A stretch of 32,000 nucleotides of DNA from Synechococcus elongatus PCC 6301 (GCF_000010065.1 NC_006576.1:1890001-1922000), one strand, 5' to 3'. Shown: positions 16,622-27,143, counted from the stretch's first letter. Made by a program: numbers and translations. The notes: a model not told the origin generated them from the sequence alone.

Positions 16622-16893
16622 GCGTTGCGATCGCAGTCGCTCTGGCTGGATGCTGGTGTGAGTCTTGCCAGAAAAATTGCCATTGACTGAGGATGATGAA
16701 GATCCAATGAGATCTCCCAATTTCTGGCAAAGAGAGGCAGGGTAGCCCCTCCATGACGATAGTTTTCAGAAAAATTGATTCCTGCAGCCGCGATCGCAGT
16801 GGGTAAAACTCGCCGGTTTTAACCCGGCTCGGAGGCTGCTCAGGTCAGGAAAAAGTCCTAATTATTTTGCTGATGATTGTAGAGGCGATCGCG

Positions 16894-17775
16894 CTAGAAG
16901 CTGCCTTGCCCCCAGAGACAGCGCACCCCGAGAGCTGCCACTCCGATCGTAATGGCCCAGCGATCGCGGCGCTGCAGTTGCAGATCGTGCCAAGGAACAC
17001 GGTGGCGACTCGGAGTTGTGAATCCGCGCACCTGCATGCTGGCCGCAATTTGCTCCGCCCGTAGCAAGAGATTTTGCAAAACCCGCTCAGCGACCAAAAG
17101 CCAGATCTGTAATCCGCGCCGCCACCCCAATTGCTTCCAATCGATTGCGCGAGTCGTGACCGATCGATAGAGACTTTGGATCTCTTCGAGCACCAATGGC
17201 AAGAAGCGAAGCCCGAGGGTCAGCGCCAGCGAAATTTCAGTGATGGGGAGACTCCAGCGTCGCAGCGGAGCTAGATAATCCTCGATCGCAGCAGTGATCT
17301 CTTCCGGTGTCGTTGTCAGTAGGTAGAGCGTGGTGCCGTAGAGCAGCGTGAAAATCAGGGTGCTGGTGCGGATTGCAAGGCTGAGTGATCGCTGCGTGAC
17401 CCGTAGATTGCCCCAGCTCCAGAGGTCGAAGCGGTAATCACTCGCTGGCGGTAGCGTCAGACCGGATTCAGGTCGATAGGACTGCTGAGTCAGGAGCTGG
17501 CCATCAGGCAGCACGGCTGTCAGGGCAAATAGCAGACCCGCCAGTATCAAGAGCCAGCCCATTTGCTGCCGCCAAACGCGCAGAGGAATACGAGCGCTGA
17601 AAGTCAGCAGCAACAGTGCCACTACCAAGCCAATCCGCCAGAGAGGACTCGCCAAAATTGGGCTGAGCAAGAACAGCATCAGCCAACCCAACTTCACTCG
17701 GGGATCGAGGCGATGCAGCCAAGTCACCGGCTGCTCGAGATATAACCCCAACGGCAGCGATCGCAGTAAATCCAT
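16894..17775 (-). CDS. ECF-transporter transmembrane (T) component, CbiQ/EcfT family
   Basis: The 293-aa polytopic membrane protein begins with the DPRVKL motif. Its C-terminal region has the Arg-rich coupling helices typical of CbiQ/EcfT. The gene starts 9 nt after der, so it is likely co-transcribed. Confidence 0.75.
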   Translation of the reverse strand: MDLLRSLPLGLYLEQPVTWLHRLDPRVKLGWLMLFLLSPILASPLWRIGLVVALLLLTFSARIPLRVWRQQMGWLLILAGLLFALTAVLPDGQLLTQQSYRPESGLTLPPASDYRFDLWSWGNLRVTQRSLSLAIRTSTLIFTLLYGTTLYLLTTTPEEITAAIEDYLAPLRRWSLPITEISLALTLGLRFLPLVLEEIQSLYRSVTTRAIDWKQLGWRRGLQIWLLVAERVLQNLLLRAEQIAASMQVRGFTTPSRHRVPWHDLQLQRRDRWAITIGVAALGVRCLWGQGSF

Positions 17776-17784
17776 TGCAGCAGT

Positions 17785-19146
17785 TTAAACGCGAGTCGCT
17801 CGATTGGCGCCGCGCTCTAGTTCCCGCGATTTTTTGCCCCGCCAGAAGAGGCGAATTGGGGTGCCGCTGAAGCCGAGGCTTTCCCGGAACTGGCGCTCAA
17901 TGTAGCGGCGATAGGATTCGCCAAACAGCTTGGGATCGTTGACAAACAGGGTGAAGCTAGGCGGCTGGGTGGTGACTTGGGTGCCGTAGTAAATTCGACC
18001 CTGACGACCTTGACGTGTGGTAGGTGGTGTTCGCCAAGCGATCGCATCACCCAAGACTTCATTGATTACGGAAGTGCCGACGCGGCGACGGTGCTGCTCC
18101 ACCACGGTGTTGACTTGATCGAGAATCTTCTCAACCCGCTGACCGGTCAGCGCACTGACGAAAATCATTGGGGCCCAGTCGAGGAAGTAGAGGCGATCGC
18201 GCAGTTGCCGTTCCACCTCGTAGATGGTGCTGGAGTCTTTTTCGTGGGCATCCCACTTGTTGACGACGATCACGCAAGCACGGCCATCTTCTTCGATCCG
18301 ACCTGCCAGTTTTTGATCCTGATCGGTGACGCCGTCCAGCACATCGATCACCAGCAGGCAGACATCGGCGCGACGAATCGCTTTAAAGGAGCGGTTGATG
18401 CCAAAGAATTCGGGGCCATAATCGACCCCACGTTTGCGGCGAATCCCTGCCGTGTCAACGAGGCGATAGCGCTGATCATTGCGCTCAATCACCGTGTCGA
18501 TCGCATCGCGAGTGGTGCCCGCGATCGGGCTGACGATCGCCCGCTGTTCGCCCAAAAAGGAGTTGAGCAGACTGGATTTACCGACATTGGGACGACCGAC
18601 GATCGCGACTCCGATTTCGGTTTCGTCCCCAGCTGCTTCATCCGCCGGGGGCAATAGTTCCAAAACGCGATCGAGCAGTTCGCCCGTGCCGCTGCCGTGG
18701 ATGCTGGAAATTGGTAGCGGCTCACCAAAGCCTAAGCTCCAAAATTCCGCCGCTTGGGCCGCGCCTTTATCCGGCGATTCGCATTTGTTCACTGCCACCA
18801 CGATCGGGCGATTTTGATGGCGCAGCCAGTCAGCAATTTCGTTATCCGCCGCTGTTAAACCGGCCTGGCCATCGACGACTAAAACGGCGAGAGCCGCTTC
18901 TGCTAGTGCTAACTCAGCTTGTTCGCGGATCAGGGGCAAAAATTCGGTGTCATCATCAAAGACAAGACCGCCGGTATCAACCACCGTAAAATCGCGATCG
19001 CACCAAAACGCTTCTTGGTATGTGCGATCGCGGGTGACACCAGGTTCATCGTGGACGATCGCTTCGCGGCTGCCGGCCAAACGATTGACTAACGTAGATT
19101 TCCCAACATTCGGTCGGCCAAGAATGGCGACAATCGGCAGCGGCAT
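17785..19146 (-). CDS. der: Ribosome-associated GTPase Der (EngA), double GTPase domain
   Basis: Two G domains are present, with [14 protein letters not shown] / DTGG / NKCE and [14 protein letters not shown] / DTAG / NKWD. A KH-like C-terminal domain follows. Confidence 0.95.
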
Positions 19147-19179
19147 AACAACTTACTTACATGCAAACCTTCATTCTAG

Positions 19180-20217
19180 TCATCCCACTCCGGGCTCGGT
19201 AAGTTGCAAGAGAGCGGCCTCCATTGCTTCCACAGTGGTCGTTGCAGTGCCAAACACCCGCACCACAAGGCTGGCGGCCAAATTGCCAAGCACTGCTGCC
19301 TCCCAGAAATTCGCACCGGATACCAAAGCCAGCGTTAGGGCAGCAACGACTGTATCGCCCGCGCCAGTCACATCAAACACGTCGGTGCGGTTAAAAGCTG
19401 GAATGTGGTGCTGTTCGCCGTCCGCTTCAAACAAGCTCATGCCCTCTTCGCCGCGGGTGATCAAGACGGCTTTTGCGCCGGTTTTCTGGAGTAGATCTTG
19501 CCCAGCCCGTTGGAGATCCGCCGCATTCGCGATCGCATAACCGACTGCTAACTCTGCTTCCGGCAGGTTGGGCGTAAATAGGGTTGCCCCCCGAAAGCGA
19601 TCGAGATCCACTTGCGCATCAATGACCAGACGTGGAGCTGCTGCGATCGCACGAATCACAGGATCCGAGAGAACGCCATCGCCATAGTCAGAGCCAACGA
19701 CTGCATCGACGCGATCAATTTGCTCAGCAATGTAGTGGGCCAGAGCTTGTTGGTGGTGTTGCGATGGTGGCTCATCCGACTTGCGATCGAGCCGCACAAT
19801 CTGCTGCGTCACGGATTGACGAGCATGGCCTGAAATCCGCGTCTTCGTGACCGTGGGGCGTTCTTCTTCGACCAGAATGCCTTGGGTATTGATCTGGACG
19901 GCCTCAAAAATCGATCGCAGGGCACGACCCTGCTCATCATCTCCGACCAGGCCAACCGCCAGTACTTGAGCGCCGAGGCTGGCACAGTTATAGATTGCGT
20001 TGGCTCCTCCCCCAGGAATGCGCCGCGTTTCCTCATGCCGCAAAATCGCGACGGGTGCTTCGCGCGATAACCGCTCAACCCGACCGGTCAGAAATTCATC
20101 CAGCGTCAGATCGCCGACCACCATCACTTTGGCTTGGCGGAAGCAGTGCAAGAGGCTAATCAAGCGATCGCGCTCCTGCATTAACTGAGACTGAAATGTC
20201 GGGTCCAGACGCATCAC
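19180..20217 (-). CDS. PfkB-family sugar kinase resembling the HldE/RfaE kinase domain (domain I only)
   Basis: It shows colinear similarity to the E. coli HldE N-terminal kinase domain recalled from memory: VMVVGDxxLD, SREAPV, PGGGAN, ASLGA, RGATLFTPNLPEAE, DVTGAGDTV. There is no adenylyltransferase domain. Confidence 0.8.
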   Translation of the reverse strand: MMRLDPTFQSQLMQERDRLISLLHCFRQAKVMVVGDLTLDEFLTGRVERLSREAPVAILRHEETRRIPGGGANAIYNCASLGAQVLAVGLVGDDEQGRALRSIFEAVQINTQGILVEEERPTVTKTRISGHARQSVTQQIVRLDRKSDEPPSQHHQQALAHYIAEQIDRVDAVVGSDYGDGVLSDPVIRAIAAAPRLVIDAQVDLDRFRGATLFTPNLPEAELAVGYAIANAADLQRAGQDLLQKTGAKAVLITRGEEGMSLFEADGEQHHIPAFNRTDVFDVTGAGDTVVAALTLALVSGANFWEAAVLGNLAASLVVRVFGTATTTVEAMEAALLQLTEPGVG

Positions 20218-20260
20218 CGCCTTCCATGCTGGCTACCTATTGTGGCGGAGAACGGTCCCC

Positions 20261-21178
20261 TCAGCCGGCTGCAGGTGGTGGAACGGAACAACTTGAGGAC
20301 TCCGGTGGCACAAATTCAAGGTTGACGAGCTTCAGTTCAGTCCGACCCGTTAGAGGATAGGGCTGCTTTTCAAGGGCAGCGATCGCCTGCTGATTGAGGA
20401 TTGCGTAGCCACTACTGACCAAGGTTTGTGGGGGCTCTAGGGCTTTCCCATTGGCTCCGACTAGGACGGCAAACTGGGCCGGTTTTACTTGCTCAAAGCA
20501 GCGATCGCTCTCAGGCAGCGGCAGCTTAATCGCGATCGCCTGGTTGGGGATCTTGAGATCGGGATAGTTCGTTTGCAGCGCTGCGACAAACTCCCCGAGC
20601 TTGCCAAAACCCAAGCTGGCGTCTGTACCTTCTGGGTTGAAGGCGTAGAGTTTCTCATCAACTGCCGGCGTATCGGCTGGAGCCGACTGGGGCGTCGATT
20701 CCGCTGGTGTTGGAGCAGGGGTATTGCTCACTGGTGGCGCGGGCGGTGGCGTCTCGTCAGCGACGGGCGGGGGCGGCAACTGGGTCGGTGGCTCAGTGGG
20801 GGTTGGTAGGTTGAGTTCTGGGAGAACCAGGGGAGAGGGCGGCGGCGGCAGCACCATCGGCGACATCAGGGCTGACAGATCCGGCAGGCCACTAAAAGGG
20901 GCGACCGGGCGACTGGGGATCGAAGGACTGGCAGCCGCGCCACGCAGCGATTCTGGTAGCCGCGCAAACTCTGCTACTGTCAGAGCGCGAGTTTGTACCG
21001 GCTCGCGCTTGGGCTTCGCAGGAGCAGGGTCAGACAGGTAAGGGAAGAGCGTGAAGAAGACCGCATGGGCGCCCACCGAAAGCAAAATGGCGATCGCAAA
21101 CGGATTGCGCAGCCAGCGCCATCGATCGGGTGCCGGCAGAGGAGCAGCCTCCAAGGAACGAGACGGCGCAGCAGTCAT
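20261..21178 (-). CDS. TonB-like protein (N-terminal anchor, Pro-rich spacer, TonB_C-like domain)
   Basis: It has a TM segment (FAIAILLSVGAHAVFFTLF) and a long Pro-rich region (PPPPSPLVLPELNLPTPTEPPTQLPPPPV...). The C-terminal domain contains SSGYAILNQQAIAAL. The start is either ATG 21178 or ATG 21220. Confidence 0.5.
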   Translation of the reverse strand: MTAAPSRSLEAAPLPAPDRWRWLRNPFAIAILLSVGAHAVFFTLFPYLSDPAPAKPKREPVQTRALTVAEFARLPESLRGAAASPSIPSRPVAPFSGLPDLSALMSPMVLPPPPSPLVLPELNLPTPTEPPTQLPPPPVADETPPPAPPVSNTPAPTPAESTPQSAPADTPAVDEKLYAFNPEGTDASLGFGKLGEFVAALQTNYPDLKIPNQAIAIKLPLPESDRCFEQVKPAQFAVLVGANGKALEPPQTLVSSGYAILNQQAIAALEKQPYPLTGRTELKLVNLEFVPPESSSCSVPPPAAG

Positions 21179-21470
21179 AGGCCAGTAGAGGAAGCGATCG
21201 CAGGGGAGACAGTGGGCCAATCCTATCCCGAGGATGCAGAAGGCTGTCGGTCTGCGAGATCACGATAGGACAGTTCTGGGAGTGGATTGAGCGATCGCTA
21301 AAAGTCTGACGGCGATCGCCAGGTACGGAGGAATGTTGGTCTCAGAACTCGGCAAATCCCAGCAGAACAGCGATAATCAACCCGATCTCGGGTTCTGTTG
21401 CCCGTGCGATCGCTGGGCGTTGGGGCAGAATCCCTAGGCCAGTCACGCTTCTTTTTTAGGATTAGCCGTA

Positions 21471-22430
21471 GTGGTTATGCCGGGTTTGCTCGATCTTCCG
21501 CGACTATTGGCTGAGCGATGGCGAGGGCTTGGGCGGGGCTTGATCGCCTGCTGCCTGCTGTTGGCCTTGTCGGCTTGCTCAGCCATGCCCAGTGCTGATG
21601 CCAGCGAAGCAGAACTAGCGGCCATTTTGGCTCAACTGCCCGATTCATCAGTACCTACGGGACCCAACCCGTTTAAAACCCCGTCGGTGCCCCGTAACAT
21701 CCTGCCGTCCCGTCCTGCCAATGCTGACTCGCTCGGCCCCGTCTGTCAGGCGATGCAACCGGCGATCGGACGCGAGGCTTACAGCATGGCCAATTTCAAG
21801 CCCGATGTACGCTCGGCTTGGGCTCATCCCACCAACTTCGGCGATCGTGCCGCGGTCGATCGCAATGGCCAGCCCGTCGATAACCGGATCAGTTTGATCG
21901 TCTTGCATGAAACCGTGGCTTCCGCTGACTCTGCCATTAACTTCTTCCAGACCCCCCATCCTCGCGATGAGGATCAGGCTAGCTATCATGCGCTGATTCG
22001 CCGCAATGGAACGATTGTTTACACGGTGCCTCCAGAGAAGCGAGCCTTTGGTGCCGGCTCTTCCAGTTTTCGGGGCGAAGCTGTGCGATTTAATCCCAAA
22101 CTGCCGGGCTCGGTCAACAATTTCTCGCTCCATGTCAGCCTTGAATCGCCAGCCGATGGCCGTGATAATCGCCGGCGACACAGTGGTTACACGGCTCGAC
22201 AGTACGACTCGTTGGCCCTGCTTGCCCAGCAGTGGATGACAACTTATACAATCCCCGGCGATCGCATTACCACCCATGCAGCTGTGGATAGAAGTGGGTC
22301 ACGCATGGACCCGCGTAGTTTCCAATGGGCGCGTTTGGCTCAGCGGTTGCAGCTATTAAATGAGGGCACGATTCCAGGCTGTGGGGACTCCGCTGTCAGC
22401 GCCGCTCAATTGCCTGCCAGCCCCAATTGA
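21471..22430 (+). CDS. N-acetylmuramoyl-L-alanine amidase (Amidase_2/AmpD-PGRP fold), lipoprotein
   Basis: A lipobox LSAC follows a hydrophobic signal. Amidase_2 pattern elements present are LIVLHETV, ASYHALIRRNGTIVYTVP, FSLHVSLE and THAAVD..RMDP. The start is GTG 21471 or ATG 21477. Confidence 0.8.
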   Translation: MVMPGLLDLPRLLAERWRGLGRGLIACCLLLALSACSAMPSADASEAELAAILAQLPDSSVPTGPNPFKTPSVPRNILPSRPANADSLGPVCQAMQPAIGREAYSMANFKPDVRSAWAHPTNFGDRAAVDRNGQPVDNRISLIVLHETVASADSAINFFQTPHPRDEDQASYHALIRRNGTIVYTVPPEKRAFGAGSSSFRGEAVRFNPKLPGSVNNFSLHVSLESPADGRDNRRRHSGYTARQYDSLALLAQQWMTTYTIPGDRITTHAAVDRSGSRMDPRSFQWARLAQRLQLLNEGTIPGCGDSAVSAAQLPASPN

Positions 22431-22637
22431 GAGGGGCGATCGCCGAGGGCCAGAGCGTCAACGTCAGCCTGCGAAAAGATTGGCCCAGCCTTTGTTTTGC
22501 TGAATGTTCCCGCCATTCGTTAAATCAGTTGGTGAGATTTGAGATCCCTGACAGAGCGATCGCTAATCTCTGAACTAAATGCTCATGCTTGCTTAGCTTT
22601 CCCCCAAGCCTTCACCTCACTTGTACAGGAGGGGTAT

Positions 22638-22811
22638 ATGACCTCCGTTCGTGTTCGCATTCATCATCAAAAAGGTCAACAGCCAAGCTACCTTGGCCAT
22701 ATTTTTCAAGGCGATCGCCTGCTGGCGGTTGTCAGTGGACGGACTGAATTAGAAACCTCGCGTCAAGCAGAAGTCTGGCTGAACCAGCAGCTCTCCCCAG
22801 CCCTGATGTAG
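22638..22811 (+). CDS. Small hypothetical protein (57 aa)
   Basis: ATG 22638 lies 5 nt after AGGAGG, which is a good SD. The sequence MTSVRVRIHHQKGQQPSYLGHIFQGDRLLAVVSGRTELETSRQAEVWLNQQLSPALM has no recognisable family. Confidence 0.4.
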   Translation: MTSVRVRIHHQKGQQPSYLGHIFQGDRLLAVVSGRTELETSRQAEVWLNQQLSPALM

Positions 22812-23071
22812 TCATCCCGATTGGGGCTCTGTGCGATCGCATCCTTTGGCTGTGCCTGCGAGCCGTTTCAAAGCAGTCTGGGCCTGGGGTGCGATCGCAT
22901 TCTGTCGAGCCTAGGACGATCGGATTTCTCTGGCTGAGCTAGTCCTCAAACCCCAAAGCTCCGCAGCATTATCGATCACGGCCCTTGAGTTTATCTGAAG
23001 AAGGCTGTCGATTCTCGGGGATCTTTCTACGCTGAAGGGGAAATTCGCGCAGCCTTCGCGGGGATGTCTTC

Positions 23072-24106
23072 ATGGCTCAATCCACCACTTCCGAGACCCA
23101 CACCAGAGATCTCGATCGGGATTGCACCACCCTGTCGCGCCATGTTCTCGAACAGTTGCAAAGCTTTAGCCCCGAAGCTCAAGACCTTGCGGCGTTGATG
23201 CAGCGCATTGGCCTTGCCGCTAAGCTAATCGCCCGTCGCCTCAGCCACGCGGGGCTGGTGGATGATGCCCTCGGTTTCACGGGGGAAATCAACGTCCAGG
23301 GCGAAGCCGTCAAACGGATGGACGTCTACGCTAACCAAGTTTTCATCTCAGTTTTTCGGCAGAGTGGCTTGGTCTGTCGGCTGGCTTCCGAGGAAATGGA
23401 GAAGCCCTACTACATTCCTGAAAATTGCCCGATCGGTCGCTATACGCTGCTCTACGACCCTTTAGATGGCTCGGCCAACGTCGATGTCGATCTCAACGTC
23501 GGTTCCATTTTTGCGGTGCGGCGTCAAGAGTTCTACGACGAGTCCCATGAAGCCAAGGATCTTCTGCAGCCAGGCGATCGCCAAATTGCTGCGGGCTATG
23601 TCCTCTATGGGGCCAGCACCTTGCTGGTCTACAGCATGGGTCAGGGCGTCCATGTTTTTGTACTGGACCCCAGCTTAGGTGAGTTTGTCCTCGCGCAGTC
23701 CGACATCCAGCTCCCGAACTCGGGTCAGATCTACAGCGTCAATGAAGGGAACTTTTGGCAGTGGCCCGAGGGCTATCGCCAGTACATCCGGGAAATGCAT
23801 CGCCGCGAAGGCTACAGCGGCCGCTATAGCGGAGCGTTGGTAGCTGACTTCCATCGCATTTTGATGCAGGGTGGTGTGTTTCTCTATCCCGAAACCGTCA
23901 AGAATCCCACTGGCAAGCTGCGACTGCTCTACGAAGCAGCACCGATGGCCTTTCTGGCTGAACAAGCAGGCGGCAAGGCCAGTGACGGCCAGAAGCCTAT
24001 CCTCTTGCGCCAACCCCAAGCCCTGCACGAGCGGTGCCCGCTAATTATCGGTAGCGCCGCAGATGTGGACTTTGTCGAAGCCTGCTTGGCTGAGTCGGTG
24101 CCCTAA
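23072..24106 (+). CDS. fbp: Fructose-1,6-bisphosphatase class 1
   Basis: It is full length at 344 aa with FBPase class 1 motifs: [51 protein letters not shown] and [13 protein letters not shown]. Confidence 0.95.
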   Translation: MAQSTTSETHTRDLDRDCTTLSRHVLEQLQSFSPEAQDLAALMQRIGLAAKLIARRLSHAGLVDDALGFTGEINVQGEAVKRMDVYANQVFISVFRQSGLVCRLASEEMEKPYYIPENCPIGRYTLLYDPLDGSANVDVDLNVGSIFAVRRQEFYDESHEAKDLLQPGDRQIAAGYVLYGASTLLVYSMGQGVHVFVLDPSLGEFVLAQSDIQLPNSGQIYSVNEGNFWQWPEGYRQYIREMHRREGYSGRYSGALVADFHRILMQGGVFLYPETVKNPTGKLRLLYEAAPMAFLAEQAGGKASDGQKPILLRQPQALHERCPLIIGSAADVDFVEACLAESVP

Positions 24107-24152
24107 CCACCGCTGACTTTGCTCTTCTCGTCCTTCCCTCAACTCGATCCTG

Positions 24153-25688
24153 ATGACTCCCAAACTGCTTGAGAACCCGCTTCGCATTGGACTCCGCCAA
24201 GACAAAGTCCCTGAACCGCAAATCCTCGTCATCTTTGGGGCCACCGGCGACTTAACCCAGCGCAAACTGGTGCCTGCCATCTACGAGATGCACCTCGAAC
24301 GGCGTTTGCCGCCAGAACTGACGATCGTGGGGGTGGCTCGGCGCGACTGGAGCGATGACTATTTCCGAGAGCACCTTCGCCAAGGGGTTGAACAGTTTGG
24401 CGGCGGCATTCAAGCAGAGGAAGTTTGGAACACCTTTGCACAAGGCCTCTTCTTTGCGCCGGGCAACATTGATGACCCCCAGTTTTATCAAACCCTTCGC
24501 GATCGCCTTGCGAATCTGGATGAGCTGCGCGGCACGCGGGGCAATCGCACTTTTTACCTCTCGGTCGCACCCCGTTTCTTTGGTGAAGCTGCAAAACAAC
24601 TCGGGGCAGCCGGAATGCTTGCCGATCCAGCTAAAACGCGGCTGGTCGTCGAAAAACCTTTTGGCCGCGATCTCAGCTCCGCTCAGGTGCTGAATGCCAT
24701 CTTGCAGAACGTTTGCCGCGAAAGCCAGATCTATCGGATTGACCATTACCTCGGCAAAGAAACAGTTCAAAACCTCTTAGTTTTCCGGTTTGCCAATGCC
24801 ATTTTTGAGCCGCTCTGGAACCGGCAATACATTGACCATGTCCAAATCACGGTGGCTGAAACTGTGGGGTTGGAAGGGCGAGCTGGCTACTACGAAACTG
24901 CTGGTGCTCTGCGGGATATGGTGCAAAACCACTTGATGCAGCTCTTCAGCCTGACGGCGATGGAGCCGCCAAACTCTCTAGGTGCTGACGGTATCCGTAA
25001 CGAAAAGGTCAAGGTGGTGCAAGCCACACGGCTGGCGGATATCGACGATCTCAGTTTGTCTGCGGTGCGGGGGCAGTACAAAGCGGGCTGGATGAATGGC
25101 CGCTCTGTGCCCGCCTATCGGGATGAGGAGGGAGCGGATCCCCAGTCGTTTACGCCCACCTATGTCGCCATGAAATTGCTGGTCGACAACTGGCGCTGGC
25201 AGGGAGTGCCGTTCTATCTACGGACGGGTAAACGGATGCCCAAAAAGGTGACGGAGATTGCCATTCAGTTCAAAACCGTGCCGCACTTGATGTTCCAGTC
25301 AGCCACCCAAAAAGTGAATAGTCCCAACGTCTTAGTGCTGCGGATTCAGCCCAATGAAGGCGTGTCCTTGCGCTTTGAAGTGAAAACACCGGGTTCCTCG
25401 CAACGGACGCGATCGGTGGATATGGACTTCCGCTACGACACGGCTTTTGGCTCCCCCACCCAAGAGGCCTATAGCCGCCTGCTGGTGGACTGCATGCTCG
25501 GCGATCAGACGCTGTTCACCCGCGCTGATGAGGTTGAAGCGTCTTGGCGGGTTGTGACGCCGTTACTCGAATCTTGGGATGACCCGCGCCAAGCCGCTGG
25601 CATTTCTTTTTACGAAGCTGGCACTTGGGAGCCGGCAGAGGCGGAGCAGTTGATCAACCGTGATGGTCGCCGTTGGCGTCGTCTCTAG
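24153..25688 (+). CDS. zwf: Glucose-6-phosphate 1-dehydrogenase
   Basis: It carries the NADP-binding motif [12 protein letters not shown], the active-site signature RIDHYLGKE and the EKPFG motif. At 511 aa it is full length. Confidence 0.97.
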
Positions 25689-25727
25689 GATCCCTGCAAC
25701 CCAGCTCAATTCTTCTGGAGATGTTTG

Positions 25728-27065
25728 ATGACGACCGCTACTCCCCTCCTTTCGCTCCAAAAACCAACGCCAATCGCGCTGGCTGAAATTGAAGAATCCC
25801 TCAGTCAGCTCTGGGCTAACCAGCAGCACAGCGGAGCGGGTGCCTTGGTCTCGCGGGCGGCCACCTTCAGCATCGTGGTCTATGAACCCGAGGAGTTCCA
25901 ACAGATTCTGGCGGCTCTGGGTCTGTACCATGGGCACCTTGATGGATTGCATGGTCCGATGACTCGCGCCGCGATCGCCCAAGCCCAGACACAATTCGGG
26001 CTCCCCTCGACGGGGCGACCTGACAGCGCCACCTTCAAAGCCCTCCGGCAGGCCTACCAAGCCCTGAAGCACTCGCCAAGCTTGACCAATCAGGATCTGC
26101 GCGGTGCGGTGCTCAGCAATGTGATTGCGACGCAGAACCCCTGTCGGATCGTCAGCCTCTGCCCCACCCTCGAGGGTGATCGCCCAATTAGTGCTGAGGT
26201 TTCGGCCTACTGTCCGATCACTTCAGCCAAGCAGGCTTCACTGATCTGCTGCGAAGCTGTCACCCTGCGGGGCTCGCAGGCAGAGATGGAAGCGATCGGT
26301 ACGTTTGTCAGCGAGCTATTGCTGCCAGGCTTACCCCGATATGTCTGGTGGAAAGCGACACCGAATCCCGAGCAGTTGCTCTTTCAGCAGTTAGCCAATT
26401 CTTGCAACTGCATGATTTTCGACTCGTCCTACTTCAGCGATCCCGAAGCTGAATTTCTCCGCTTCCAAGATCTAATTGACCAAGAAACCTACATCGCCGA
26501 TCTCAACTGGCACCGCCTTGCGGCTTGGCAAGAACTTACTGCTGCGGCCTTTGATCCGCCAGAGCGTCGTGATGGGTTGCTGGAAGTCGATCAACTGGTG
26601 ATCGACTACGAAAAAGGTAATCCCGCCCAAGCCTTGATGTACATGGGTTGGATTGCCAGTCGCTTGGGTTGGCAACCGGTGAGTTACCGCTGTGAAGGCG
26701 GTGAATACGATCTCCGCCAAATTGAGTTCCGGACCGAGGATGATCGCATGGTCAAGGTCGAGTTGGCGGGGATTCCTGTCGGCGATCCGGGTTTAGTCTT
26801 GGGTGATCTGATTGCCCTGCGCCTGACGTCCGAAAATCCTGATGCCGACTGCTGCACGATTCTCTGTTCGGAGACAACGGGTTGTATGCGAATGGAGGCA
26901 GGTGGTGGTGCTCAATCCTGCCGCACGGAGCAGGTCGCTCCACCCTCTAACGAAACTTCAGAATCGCTACTGGCCATGCAGATGCAGCGCTGGGGACGAG
27001 ATGCTCTCTACGAGGAAAGCCTAGCGGTAATTGCGGTAGCACTCCGGCAACGCACCCACGCCTAA
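25728..27065 (+). CDS. opcA: OpcA, G6PDH assembly/allosteric activator protein
   Basis: It lies immediately downstream of zwf. It has a cyanobacterial OpcA-like N-terminus (LSLQKPTPIALAEIEESLSQLW, ATFSIVVYEPEE) and C-terminal domain. ATG 25728 is 7 nt after GGAG; the track start at 25725 is a TTG. Confidence 0.9.
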   Translation: MTTATPLLSLQKPTPIALAEIEESLSQLWANQQHSGAGALVSRAATFSIVVYEPEEFQQILAALGLYHGHLDGLHGPMTRAAIAQAQTQFGLPSTGRPDSATFKALRQAYQALKHSPSLTNQDLRGAVLSNVIATQNPCRIVSLCPTLEGDRPISAEVSAYCPITSAKQASLICCEAVTLRGSQAEMEAIGTFVSELLLPGLPRYVWWKATPNPEQLLFQQLANSCNCMIFDSSYFSDPEAEFLRFQDLIDQETYIADLNWHRLAAWQELTAAAFDPPERRDGLLEVDQLVIDYEKGNPAQALMYMGWIASRLGWQPVSYRCEGGEYDLRQIEFRTEDDRMVKVELAGIPVGDPGLVLGDLIALRLTSENPDADCCTILCSETTGCMRMEAGGGAQSCRTEQVAPPSNETSESLLAMQMQRWGRDALYEESLAVIAVALRQRTHA

Positions 27066-27112
27066 GTTGCAAGCCGCTTTGCCAGTGTTAACTGCCTGAG
27101 TTGCAGCACCAC

Positions 27113-27143
27113 AAAAAAGGGGTCTGCTTGCAGACCCCCTTTT
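27113..27143. terminator. Bidirectional rho-independent terminator shared by opcA (+) and petD (-)
   Basis: AAAAAA-GGGGTCTG-cttg-CAGACCCC-CTTTT has a perfect 8-bp GC-rich stem, an A-run on one side and a T-run on the other. It lies between the two convergent stop codons. Confidence 0.7.

Noticed and set aside
16359-16754. A 131-aa minus-strand ORF spanning the psaL 3' end and the downstream gap.
   Set aside because: It overlaps psaL and its terminator antisense, has no SD and is not protein-like. It is most likely spurious.
21333-21437. A 34-codon Cys-containing micro-ORF (MLVSELGKSQQNSDNQPDLGFCCPCDRWALGQNP) in the TonB-like/amidase divergent spacer.
   Set aside because: The GGAGG directly abuts the ATG, so the spacing is too short. 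There is no hydrophobic or known peptide pattern, and nothing in the sequence alone supports it.
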